Source: Kiritimatiellia bacterium (GTDB lineage Bacteria > Verrucomicrobiota > Kiritimatiellia > UBA8416 > JABMPJ01). Taken from it: 64,000 bases of DNA. This document shows positions 56,218 through 64,000 of the stretch, piece by piece. The notes below the pieces were generated by a model that worked only from the letters and a program-made list of their open reading frames with translations, was not told the DNA's origin and did not search any database. The stretch covers positions 1,406 through 65,405 of the forward strand of contig JADHWE010000006.1 in assembly GCA_016783675.1 (NCBI GenBank), given 5' to 3'. Made by a program: the position numbers and the translations under genes. Numbering within the stretch: position 1 is the first letter of the stretch; the number at the start of each line of letters is the position of its first letter.

Positions 56218-58452
56218 CTAGCGGGCCTGACTGTCGCCCATAGTCAGCACCAACAGACCACCTGCCGTGATCTCCTCATGGCTGATTTCGAGACGATCAA
56301 GGGGACGACCGTTCAGTTCGGCCGACTGGATGTAGATGTTGTCGGGGCTGTTGTTGCGGGCAACAATGGTGAACGTCTTGCCGGTGTGATAGTCCGGGTC
56401 CAGCGTGATCTCGATGCGATCAAAGACGGGGCTGGTGATCTGGTAGATGCCGTCCCCGGGACAGATGGGGTGAATACCCATCGCCGCCAAAACATACCAG
56501 GCTGACATCTGGCCGACGTCTTCGTTTCCGCAGAGTCCAAAGGGACCCGGCCCATAGGCCTTGGCGCAGATCATGCGTGACCACTTTTGCGTCAGCCATG
56601 GCTTCCCAATCGCGTTGAAGAGAAAGACGGTGTTGTGCACCGGCTCATTCGGGTGGTTGTAGTAGTCGTTCCAGAGAAAATCCTCCGGCGTGTTCTCAAA
56701 GAGCGCAGTCAGCTCTTGGAGAAAGTAGTCTTCCCCCATCAGCTCAACCAGACCGGGAATATCGTGCGGCACAAACCAGCCCTGCTGATAGGGATTGGAC
56801 TCGCGGCAACCCTGGCCATGCACGGTCTTGCCCTGCCAGTCGAGCCAGTGGCCCTCCTCGTCCCGGGCGCGAAACCAGCGCACCTCGTCGTTCCAGATGT
56901 TGCGATAGGCCCTGCTGCGCTCGTCGTAGACGCGCGCCAGATCGGCCTTGCCGAGGCTTTCGGCAAAGCGCGCGAAACACCAGTCGGAGTACGCGTATTC
57001 CAGCGTTTCAGAAATACACCCCTTGCCAATGCCCTTGGCAGCGTATCCTTGCTCGCCGTTACCGAAGGTGTCAACTGACTGCCGACAGCAGGCGAACGCT
57101 TTGTCGGTGTCGTAGTTCCTGATTCCCTTGCGGTAGGCATCCACGATCACCACGACCCCGGGATTTCCGAGCATTGAGCCCGTATAGGCGTTTAGCATTT
57201 CCCATCGCGGCAAATACCCTCGCCCACTAAGTTCCGCGATCTGCAGCAGGGAGTTGATCTCGTCGTTCACCATGGCGGGATTGATGAGCGTCTGCAGTGG
57301 AAACTGCGAACGATAGACATCCCACCCACTGAAGACAGAGCGATAGGTGAAGTCCTCGGCCCGGTGCACATGCCCATCCGCGCCAACGTAGTCGCCGTTC
57401 ACATCGCTAACGCAACGGGGATCTATCATCGTGTGATAGAGCGCCGTGTAGAAGGTCTCCTTGTCGTCGTCCGTCCCGCCCTCGACGCGCACGACTGACA
57501 GCGCCCGCTCCCAGGATGCCTGGGCCTCGTCACGCACAGCATCGAAATCCCAGTGCGGAATGTCGTGCTCAAGGTTGGCTTTTGCCCCTTCGATGCTCAC
57601 GAATGAGATACCGCACTTGAGCAGCACGACGTCGTCCGCTGCCGTCTCGAACTCCGTGAAGAACCCGAGGTGCCGCCCCTGCGCCTCGCGCGCACCATAC
57701 GTGACGGGCGCCTCCGCCACGGCCTGCTGGTAGGCATCGGCCGCCACGTCGAAGTTCTTCCGTTCCCACGCGTCCGGGATCTCGGCACGCCAAACCCCGT
57801 ATCGTGTCAGCGGCTTGCTGAACTGACAGTAGAAGTGAACCGTGTAATCGACAGTGCCGCCACCGTTGCCGAATCCGCCGCCTTCGGGCGGACAGGTCAT
57901 CCAGCCACAGATGGTGTGCTCATCCACAACGCGTACGAACTGCTCGGTCGAGGTACCCCCCACCCTGCGCGCCAGATCGATCTGGATCCGGGATTGCTCA
58001 TGCTTGGGAAACGCGAAGCGAATCATCCCTGCACGCGGCGTCGCCGTCAGCTCAGCCCGCACCGCGTAGTCGTCGAGTGTGATCGCGTAGTAGCCGGCCT
58101 GCGCCACTTCAGTGGCATGCGATATCCGCGAGCGATATCCCCGGTCCGGATTCTCGCGCGTGCCCCTGGCCGTGTGCAGTGCACCCACCGTGGGGGTAAC
58201 CAGGAAGTTGCCCAGATCGCCATACCAGCCGGTACCGCTAAGGTGGGTGAAGCTGAAGCCCTCCAGCGTGTCATGCACATAGGAGTAGCCGGAACTGTTG
58301 TCGCCGCCAGTGATCGTGTCGGGGCTGAGCTGGACCAGCCCAAACGGTGTGGCCGCACCGGGGAAGGTCTTCCCGAAACCGTGCGCATCGGCGCTGCCTT
58401 CAGCGTAGGTGACCGCACCGATCAGCGGGTTGACATAGGAAACCGGTTTAAT
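56218..58452 (-). CDS. GH92 alpha-mannosidase (no signal peptide; start codon non-canonical or unresolved)
   Basis: Conserved GH92 N-terminus VNPLIG...GKTFPGAATPFGLVQLSPDT...SGYSY.HDTLEGFSFTHLSGTG. It extends 58 codons upstream of the track start (GTG 58278) up to an in-frame TAA at 58471-58473. The only plausible initiator is ATT 58452, preceded by GGAGGA. Confidence 0.75.
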   Translation of the reverse strand: MKPVSYVNPLIGAVTYAEGSADAHGFGKTFPGAATPFGLVQLSPDTITGGDNSSGYSYVHDTLEGFSFTHLSGTGWYGDLGNFLVTPTVGALHTARGTRENPDRGYRSRISHATEVAQAGYYAITLDDYAVRAELTATPRAGMIRFAFPKHEQSRIQIDLARRVGGTSTEQFVRVVDEHTICGWMTCPPEGGGFGNGGGTVDYTVHFYCQFSKPLTRYGVWRAEIPDAWERKNFDVAADAYQQAVAEAPVTYGAREAQGRHLGFFTEFETAADDVVLLKCGISFVSIEGAKANLEHDIPHWDFDAVRDEAQASWERALSVVRVEGGTDDDKETFYTALYHTMIDPRCVSDVNGDYVGADGHVHRAEDFTYRSVFSGWDVYRSQFPLQTLINPAMVNDEINSLLQIAELSGRGYLPRWEMLNAYTGSMLGNPGVVVIVDAYRKGIRNYDTDKAFACCRQSVDTFGNGEQGYAAKGIGKGCISETLEYAYSDWCFARFAESLGKADLARVYDERSRAYRNIWNDEVRWFRARDEEGHWLDWQGKTVHGQGCRESNPYQQGWFVPHDIPGLVELMGEDYFLQELTALFENTPEDFLWNDYYNHPNEPVHNTVFLFNAIGKPWLTQKWSRMICAKAYGPGPFGLCGNEDVGQMSAWYVLAAMGIHPICPGDGIYQITSPVFDRIEITLDPDYHTGKTFTIVARNNSPDNIYIQSAELNGRPLDRLEISHEEITAGGLLVLTMGDSQAR

Positions 58453-60088
58453 CGGTGTTCCTCCGCACCATTATGTCTTGAGCACCAATCGTGTCCCCCG
58501 GGTCGAAAGCCTGTTCCAGGGCCGGGATGGCTGACAAGGAGTCGTACGCATACGTTTTCCTGTCCGCCCTATCTTCAGGCATCACGAAGCCTAACAACTC
58601 GATCCAATCGGTCTTTTTGAGATAGGGCCGATAGATAGTGCGGTCCTGGTACTTCGCGTAGCTCGCGTGCCCGGGCTTGAACGGATTCTTGAACGGCTCG
58701 CTCGCACACTGTGCGTACGGGTCTGTGGTCACGAAATGGCGTCCGGTCTCATTGTTCTTCATCAGAAAAAGCGGAACGGATTGGTTCACCGGCCAGGCGT
58801 ATACCTTGCAGACGGGCTGCCCGGCGGCTTCGCGGCTCAGCACTGCATCGGCCCCGACCCGCTTTGCATAAAGAGGAACCAGCGGCGTGTTGGCCTCCGA
58901 GAGATCGAGCGGCTCGTAGTCGGCATGATCCGCAAGCCGGTTGCACTTCTCGGCCACCTTGTCGAGCGTATCGATCACGAAATACATGCGCAGCATGTGC
59001 GGCGTTCCGGGCTTATCCTTGATGTTGATAACGGTGGCCTGGACGGTATAGTCGCGCGTCCCGTGCCGGCTATCGCCGCAGTCGTAACGCGGCTTGCCGT
59101 AGTGCTCGCCCTTCCGGTCCAGCTGCTTGCCGAATACCACCCCGATCGCATGGCTATAGGGGTTGTCCGCATTGGCGGTCACCGCGGCCCAGCCGCCGGT
59201 GTCCTCGAAGTTGACCCTGCACCCATCGAGGCGGTCAAAACCATATGACCAAGGCGTGAAGAAACGGTACGAACCGTCGGGGTTGGAGATGACGTGCTCG
59301 GGAAACACGGAGGTACGCACCCCACCCCACGGCCCCAGATTGGTCATCGGTTCGTCCTCGAAGTTGTAGATGACGTAGGTCACCTCGATGACGCCCGCAC
59401 CGAGATCGCGGTACTTGGTGTAGACTAGTATCCCACTGCGGTTGATGCTCGGGGACGGAATCTGGCCCCACGACAGCACTGAGTAGGAGCGCTCTTTCGC
59501 ATCGAAATGCTCGGCCAGGATCGGAGAGTAGAACGGCTTGCTGTCCTTCTCTTTCGTGTAGACGCCCGACTGGTGGACGAACGCATTGGCGAACTTCATC
59601 CGTGTGGCATCACCGGGTATGTCGGGCAGGTCGCGCCCCAGCAGATGTCCGTAGATGGTCGTAAACTGCCAGACTTCATCATTCCACTGGCTATCCGGCT
59701 GCGATGGCGCCATCGCCTCGCCAAACGAGGAGTACATCGAGTAGATCTGTCCGCCCTTGCCGATGCCGAGTTCCCAGCTCCGCTCGGTCGTCGAACGGTG
59801 CTGGAGCGTGGCGTGGAAGACCGAATTCTCGTCCAGCTCCGGATGCCACTTCTTATCCCGCTCCCACCAGGCCAGACTCTTGAGCAAGACCGTCTCGCTC
59901 TGTTTCTCAAAGTTCGTCGGTGCCGCCGATTTCGGAAAGAGCTGCAAGAGCTGCGCGTCGGCCGGATCGGCCGTTTGCGGTGCTGCCGCGACCGGCAGAG
60001 CCATGCCGGCAATCAGCAGTCCCAACAGGACAATCCAGCTAGACCCACGCCGCAAAGCAAAACCCATAACACGATCTCTTAATGTCAT
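58448..60088 (-). CDS. conserved protein of unknown family (secreted paralogue of 52918..54537)
   Basis: N-terminal signal peptide (WIVLLGLLIAGMALPVAAAPQ); the rest is co-linear with the 52918..54537 product. The start is either Met 60088 or Met 60067. Confidence 0.6.
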   Translation of the reverse strand: MTLRDRVMGFALRRGSSWIVLLGLLIAGMALPVAAAPQTADPADAQLLQLFPKSAAPTNFEKQSETVLLKSLAWWERDKKWHPELDENSVFHATLQHRSTTERSWELGIGKGGQIYSMYSSFGEAMAPSQPDSQWNDEVWQFTTIYGHLLGRDLPDIPGDATRMKFANAFVHQSGVYTKEKDSKPFYSPILAEHFDAKERSYSVLSWGQIPSPSINRSGILVYTKYRDLGAGVIEVTYVIYNFEDEPMTNLGPWGGVRTSVFPEHVISNPDGSYRFFTPWSYGFDRLDGCRVNFEDTGGWAAVTANADNPYSHAIGVVFGKQLDRKGEHYGKPRYDCGDSRHGTRDYTVQATVINIKDKPGTPHMLRMYFVIDTLDKVAEKCNRLADHADYEPLDLSEANTPLVPLYAKRVGADAVLSREAAGQPVCKVYAWPVNQSVPLFLMKNNETGRHFVTTDPYAQCASEPFKNPFKPGHASYAKYQDRTIYRPYLKKTDWIELLGFVMPEDRADRKTYAYDSLSAIPALEQAFDPGDTIGAQDIMVRRNTD

Positions 60089-60204
60089 TATCACCTCACA
60101 GTTCCTACACATCGTACAGAATGATCACAGATTACGCCAGAGGTGCCGATGCTCCTCCTGCACCGGCCGTGCGGCAAGCAAATGACGGATGTCTGATCAG
60201 GCGG

Positions 60205-62883
60205 TTATCGCAAGAACTCAATCTCAGCAATCTGAACCGAGTTGGCGGTCTTGACATCCCGGACGGCCGAGATGTTCAGTCGATAGAAGGGGTAGGCCTT
60301 GGTCTTCTTGCAGCTGAAACGGCGCTTCTCAAGGCGCTTGGACCACTGTTCACCTGTGCGCGTGTCCAGCGTGGTCCAGCTTTTACCGTCATTGGACCCC
60401 TGTAGCTGCCAGTCCCTGGGATCCCGCTCCTGACCATCATCCGCACTGGTAATGGCATAGCCGCTGATGGCTTCGGGCGCTTTGTGCCGGATCTGAATCC
60501 AGCTCGCCTCAGGAGAGAAGTCGAGCCACTTGGTCTTGACGTCGCCGTCGAAGGCCTGCGCGGACGTCTGCGACGGCGGATGTTCACCCCTGGCTCGCGT
60601 ATTATCTCGCACGGGGCTCGACCATCGCTTGGTCACAAACTGGTTCAGAACCGAAAGCTTCGCCTCCGGCACATCCAGAGCGCATATGGCATAGCGCAGG
60701 TTGCGCATGGCGGAGGCATAGCTGCGCTCCTCGACCGGGGTCTTGGCAATCCCCTTGGCCGACTTGATCTCCAGTTCCAGCGCGCGTGTGTCCTGGCCGC
60801 TCTTCCTTGCATTCCGCTTCGCCTTGACCGCGGTGTTGATCAGCGACACCAGGCCCGGCCGATAGGCGTAGCCGTCCTCAATCACGGCCACACCGGTGCC
60901 GTCCTTTCCGCCCGGCCCACCATAGGGAGCAACCCACTCGGAGTTGACCTGATAGTTGTTCTCGTCACGCAAATAGAAGACGCCATGCGTCATCCCCGGC
61001 GGGGCAATCGCCGTGGCCACGCCCTTGCCCAATGTAGCGGGAGCCTCGAGCCACTCCTCATACCCGGGATGGTCCCGCAGAAAGTCTGAACCGTTGGTGG
61101 TATAGACCAACCTGGCATCCACAATCTTCGCCTTGTCCTTGCCCGTCTCGAAACGCACTTCGATGCGATCGCCCTTGCTGCTTCGCTTGAGTACCTCCGG
61201 GACCTTGTCGTTGCCAGGAAGCCCCCGACCAGGAGTATCCGCATTCTTGTAAGGTAGCGGCGCGTCATAGGTTGCCAACCACGCCTTCAACTTGCTGAGC
61301 AGCTCGTCCCGCTTCTCGGGATGCTCGTCGGCTAGATTGTGGGCCTCACCAAGATCAGCCGGTGAGCCATCCTTGTTGTAAAGCCGGTACAACTGGATCT
61401 CGGGGCGCGTGTGGTCCATGCCAGCGCCATGGTAGAGCAGCAGCTTCCAGTCCCCCTTGCGGATGATACTGGAGGAGGGCAGCGGACTGGGATAGTGAAA
61501 GAAGATGCTCTCGCGCGGCCGGCCATCGGCAAAGCGCGCCTTGTCATCTTTCCCGAGAATCGCGGGCAGAACATTGCACCCGTCCAGATCGAGGTCAGCC
61601 CGCGGTTTGGCCCCGGCCATGGCCAGGTAGGTCGGGAACATATCAATCAGGTTGATCGGGGTGTCGCAGACGCTGCCCTCTTCAACGCCGGGTCCCTGGA
61701 CAATGAAGGGAATGCGCAATCCACCCTCGTACACCTCCAGCTTCCCACCCCGCAATGGGAGGTTGTCCGTGATGCGCTCACGTTCGCCCTTCCCGCGACC
61801 ATTCTTCACCGGCGACTGTGTCAGCCCACCGTTGTCAGAACTGAGCATGACGTAGGTATTGTCGATGAGTTTGTGCCCCGGATTGCGGGGATCGTCGGTC
61901 TCCTCAAGAAACGTGAGAAGCTTGCCAACCTGCCAGTCCAGGCTGTCGAGCATCGCGGCGTAATAGGGATTCGCCTGCCGCGATGGCATGCCTTCCGCAA
62001 TCAGACCCGGATCCGTCGGAAAAGGCACGCCCATCTTCTTGCAGTAGTGCTCAAGGCGTTTGCGATCGCGGGTAGAGAAAGGTCCGTGCACGAAGGAGGG
62101 ACAGAAATTCAGGAAGAAAGGCTCATCCTGGTTCTTGGCCTTGTCCATCCAGCGCACCGCAAGGTCGACCACCCCGTCGAACGGACGGTCATCATCCTTG
62201 GGGTCGGTACGGAAAGGATCGTCGGGGGCGGATGTCGCAAAGCCCTCATGCCGGGGGTTTAGGGGTGACCAGATGCCGTGCCAGTATCCAGGCCTTCTGG
62301 CGCACTCATCCCACAGTTCGGGGTCATTGTAGGGCACGCCGGGCTTGCCCTCCCAGCTGAAGTCAAAGCCGTACGCCACCGGTCCGGGATAGCCGTTGCT
62401 GCGGCCGCCGCAGTGCCATTTCTGGATATGCGCACTGACGTAGCCGGCCTCCTTCAGCAAGCGCGGGATCGTCGGAGTGTCAAGCGGGACCCGTGACGGG
62501 TAGAAGGGCTCACCATAGGCATGCACCGCGTGATAGGGCCGCGCCAGCCGCCCGCCCATGACATGCAGGACCCCATTATGTACACCGTACTGACCGGAGA
62601 TATAGGCTGCACGCGATGGCGCGCAGGTCGGCGCGGGTGAATACGCCTGCATGAAGCGCCGCCCATTCCTGGCCAGCCGATCCATATGCGGCGTCTCGTA
62701 GATCGACTCCTCGCCACGCACCGCACGGAAGTAACACGCGGGGTCCATCCAGCCCAGATCATCGGTCAGGATGTGGACAATGTTGGGTTTGGGCACCGTG
62801 GTGGGTTCAGGCGTCGCATGAGCCGCCGAAGCCACAAGAAACAAGGCCGTAGTCGTGGCCGCGATAGTAGTTGGTCGTCTCAT
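60205..62883 (-). CDS. secreted Cys-type sulfatase with a C-terminal F5/8 type C (discoidin) domain
   Basis: Signal peptide MRRPTTIAATTTALFLVASAAHA. IVHILTDDLGW and the C-x-P-x-R motif in PAPTCAPSRAAYISG. The discoidin tail is FDGDVKTKWLDF...WQLQGSNDGKSWTTL. Start taken at Met 62883 with a GGAGAAAGAG purine tract upstream. The 75-codon 5' extension in the track is rejected. Confidence 0.85.
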   Translation of the reverse strand: MRRPTTIAATTTALFLVASAAHATPEPTTVPKPNIVHILTDDLGWMDPACYFRAVRGEESIYETPHMDRLARNGRRFMQAYSPAPTCAPSRAAYISGQYGVHNGVLHVMGGRLARPYHAVHAYGEPFYPSRVPLDTPTIPRLLKEAGYVSAHIQKWHCGGRSNGYPGPVAYGFDFSWEGKPGVPYNDPELWDECARRPGYWHGIWSPLNPRHEGFATSAPDDPFRTDPKDDDRPFDGVVDLAVRWMDKAKNQDEPFFLNFCPSFVHGPFSTRDRKRLEHYCKKMGVPFPTDPGLIAEGMPSRQANPYYAAMLDSLDWQVGKLLTFLEETDDPRNPGHKLIDNTYVMLSSDNGGLTQSPVKNGRGKGERERITDNLPLRGGKLEVYEGGLRIPFIVQGPGVEEGSVCDTPINLIDMFPTYLAMAGAKPRADLDLDGCNVLPAILGKDDKARFADGRPRESIFFHYPSPLPSSSIIRKGDWKLLLYHGAGMDHTRPEIQLYRLYNKDGSPADLGEAHNLADEHPEKRDELLSKLKAWLATYDAPLPYKNADTPGRGLPGNDKVPEVLKRSSKGDRIEVRFETGKDKAKIVDARLVYTTNGSDFLRDHPGYEEWLEAPATLGKGVATAIAPPGMTHGVFYLRDENNYQVNSEWVAPYGGPGGKDGTGVAVIEDGYAYRPGLVSLINTAVKAKRNARKSGQDTRALELEIKSAKGIAKTPVEERSYASAMRNLRYAICALDVPEAKLSVLNQFVTKRWSSPVRDNTRARGEHPPSQTSAQAFDGDVKTKWLDFSPEASWIQIRHKAPEAISGYAITSADDGQERDPRDWQLQGSNDGKSWTTLDTRTGEQWSKRLEKRRFSCKKTKAYPFYRLNISAVRDVKTANSVQIAEIEFLR

Positions 62884-63117
62884 GTCTATCTCTTTCTCCG
62901 TATGTACTCTCTCTGGGTAGGACGACAACGGCAATCCCGCCCAGCGGGAGTGGACGATTGAAGTTTGCGCCCATGTCCGAGACGGCCATCTCCGCTCGTC
63001 CCTCGATACGATGGCCATACAGAGGACACCCCCATCCTTCGTAATGCGCTCGGGGCGAGGTACGAGTGGAGATGGTCTCAGTATCACACTCCGCCCCAGA
63101 CTTCGCAATAGCCACTA

Positions 63118-63145
63118 TGCATCATCTCGATACCTGCATGCATCA
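63118..63145. promoter_or_regulatory. paired TGCATCA direct repeats in the divergent sulfatase / XylR-like intergenic region
   Basis: TGCATCA at 63118 and 63139, spacing 21 nt. The 12-mer CACTATGCATCA is identical to the one at 45934. Confidence 0.55.
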
Positions 63146-63221
63146 CTTTGAGGGGCGTTGGCTTCACATTACAGAAACTGAAGCACATGACCCCATTCTC
63201 TGTTGCCAACGCAGGTACTGA

Positions 63222-63228
63222 TGCATCA
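63222..63228. promoter_or_regulatory. single TGCATCA site 29 nt upstream of the XylR-like regulator ATG
   Basis: ATGCATCATT at 63221-63230. Confidence 0.35.
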
Positions 63229-63250
63229 TTATTCTTGTTGAGAGGGAAAC

Positions 63251-64000
63251 ATGGACAAGCACCAAAAATCGATCCTGCTGTTCACCGAGTGGGCCGACCC
63301 GCGCTTTCACCAGGGAGTGGCCCGGTATGCCAGGAGGGCCAACTGGCACCTGAACCTGGATGCCGTATACGGTCGCCGGTTGCCGGCCGACTGGAAAGGC
63401 GACGGGTGCATCCACATGGTGGAGAGCCGGGAGGCACTGGCGTTCATTGAGAAACTCAACGTCCCCTGCCCCGTCGTGTGCGGCGACGCCAAGTGCGAAG
63501 GCAGTGAGGCCGCCGACTACTTTGCGCATCTCGGGTTCCGGCATTTCGTCTGTTACACGACGGATCGCTCTGAGCCGATCACACGGCTTCGCTTTGGTGG
63601 ATATGAGGAGCGACTGAAGCAGATGGGGCTCTCCGCAACACTGCTGGCCTGGGGCAAAACCGGCTCCGAGAAAGGGATCGCATGGGGAGCGCGCAAGCAA
63701 TGGCTGAGCGAAGAACTGAAGAAGCAGCCAAAGCCGGTCGCCGTCTTCTGCATCGATGACCGGCTGGCACTGAGCGCGGTCGAGGCCTGCATGGACGCCG
63801 GCATCGAGATCCCCGGCGAGGTAGCCGTGCTGGGGGTAGGCAACATGGAGCTGGCCTGCGAATGCTCGGCCGTACCGATCTCGAGCATCCGGATCGATTT
63901 TGACACGCTCGGGTACGAGGCCGCTGCTCAGTTGGACAGGATTCTGGACGGCGAGCCGGTGACACAGCCGTATGTTGTCCCCGCCGGCGGCATCGAAGAG
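63251..64000 (+). CDS. XylR-like regulator: periplasmic-binding-fold sensor domain (the AraC-type HTH is expected beyond the window end)
   Basis: My own translation from ATG 63251 is open to the window end: MDKHQKSILLFTEWADPRFHQGVARYARRANWHLNLD...VAVFCIDDRLALSAVEACMDAGIEIPGEVAVLGVGNMELACECSAVPISSIRIDFDTLGYEAAAQL. This is a LacI/Peripla_BP_3-type sugar-sensor fold. It is absent from the ORF track because it has no stop codon within the window. Confidence 0.7.
   Translation, partial: MDKHQKSILLFTEWADPRFHQGVARYARRANWHLNLDAVYGRRLPADWKGDGCIHMVESREALAFIEKLNVPCPVVCGDAKCEGSEAADYFAHLGFRHFVCYTTDRSEPITRLRFGGYEERLKQMGLSATLLAWGKTGSEKGIAWGARKQWLSEELKKQPKPVAVFCIDDRLALSAVEACMDAGIEIPGEVAVLGVGNMELACECSAVPISSIRIDFDTLGYEAAAQLDRILDGEPVTQPYVVPAGGIEE

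Noticed and set aside
55931-56218. 95-aa and 67-aa overlapping minus-strand ORFs downstream of GH92
   Set aside because: They lie in mutually exclusive frames, have no SD or motifs, and one overlaps the GH92 stop codon. The region is reported as unexplained rather than annotated.
58448-60112. Programmed frameshift fusing the unknown-family ORF to GH92
   Set aside because: This remains possible in principle because the frames are offset by one nt at the junction. However, I see no slippery heptamer or downstream structure. An SD-ATT reinitiation is simpler, so the frameshift is kept only as an alternative within the GH92 start finding.
62884-63108. 75-codon 5' extension of the sulfatase ORF (MRSLGRSVILRPSP...)
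   Set aside because: Met 62883 is followed by a textbook signal peptide and preceded by a purine-rich SD. The extension would also run through the TGCATCA-repeat region.

Overview
GC-rich, densely coding bacterial chromosomal segment with about 50 protein genes and one tRNA. I found no rRNA, CRISPR array, transposase or integrase. The gene content (Cys-type sulfatases, a TAT-exported Gfo/Idh/MocA oxidoreductase next to a DUF1080 protein, discoidin-tagged CAZymes, a PilM-PilN fusion, a XylR/AraC hybrid regulator) suggests a PVC-superphylum polysaccharide degrader (Kiritimatiellota/Verrucomicrobiota/Lentisphaerota-like). That taxonomic guess is inference only.

Layout:
(i) 1-5.3 kb: queC 3' end, an 800-aa polytopic membrane protein, a hypothetical protein, a PqqD-like protein, and pilT.
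(ii) 5.4-12.3 kb: housekeeping genes (HU, Prc, DapF, rhamnulokinase, PHP protein, RRM protein).
(iii) 12.4-20 kb, minus strand: secretin / PilM-N / PilO-like / PilP-like / GspE-PilB cluster, plus a lipoprotein that carries only a C25-propeptide-like domain.
(iv) 20-32 kb: OMP, tRNA-Leu(UAG), DUF3127, a stand-alone EF-G, sulfatase, GNAT, YihY, RfbB, enolase-FtsB, lipid kinase.
(v) 32.4-38.7 kb: rhamnose-type CUT2 ABC importer with a permease/binding-protein fusion, RhaM and a UroD-family protein.
(vi) 38.9-64 kb: glycan-utilisation block with an AraC regulator, a GH95-like enzyme, GH38, a HAD hydrolase, sulfatases, Gfo/Idh/MocA + DUF1080, a second UroD-like gene, GH92, two paralogous proteins of unknown family and a XylR-like regulator. 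A visibly lower-GC AbiEii/MenT-type toxin-antitoxin islet interrupts it at 54.5-56.2 kb.

Main hunt results:
(1) A TGCATCA(Y) direct repeat with exact 21-bp phasing recurs in five intergenic regions of block (vi), and a sixth region carries the same heptamer with different spacing. This is a candidate AraC/XylS-type operator that defines one regulon.
(2) A roughly 44-nt composite palindromic (REP-like) repeat family sits upstream of both UroD-like genes.
(3) Two paralogous ~540-aa proteins of unknown family, one secreted and one cytosolic, are embedded among mannosidases and sulfatases.
(4) The conserved N-terminus of GH92 has no canonical start codon. The only good candidate is an AUU with a GGAGGA Shine-Dalgarno, overlapping the upstream stop codon.
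(5) A heptanucleotide tandem repeat lies in the first codons of the GH95-like gene.

All functional calls rest on motif recognition by eye in the supplied translations. No database search was run.
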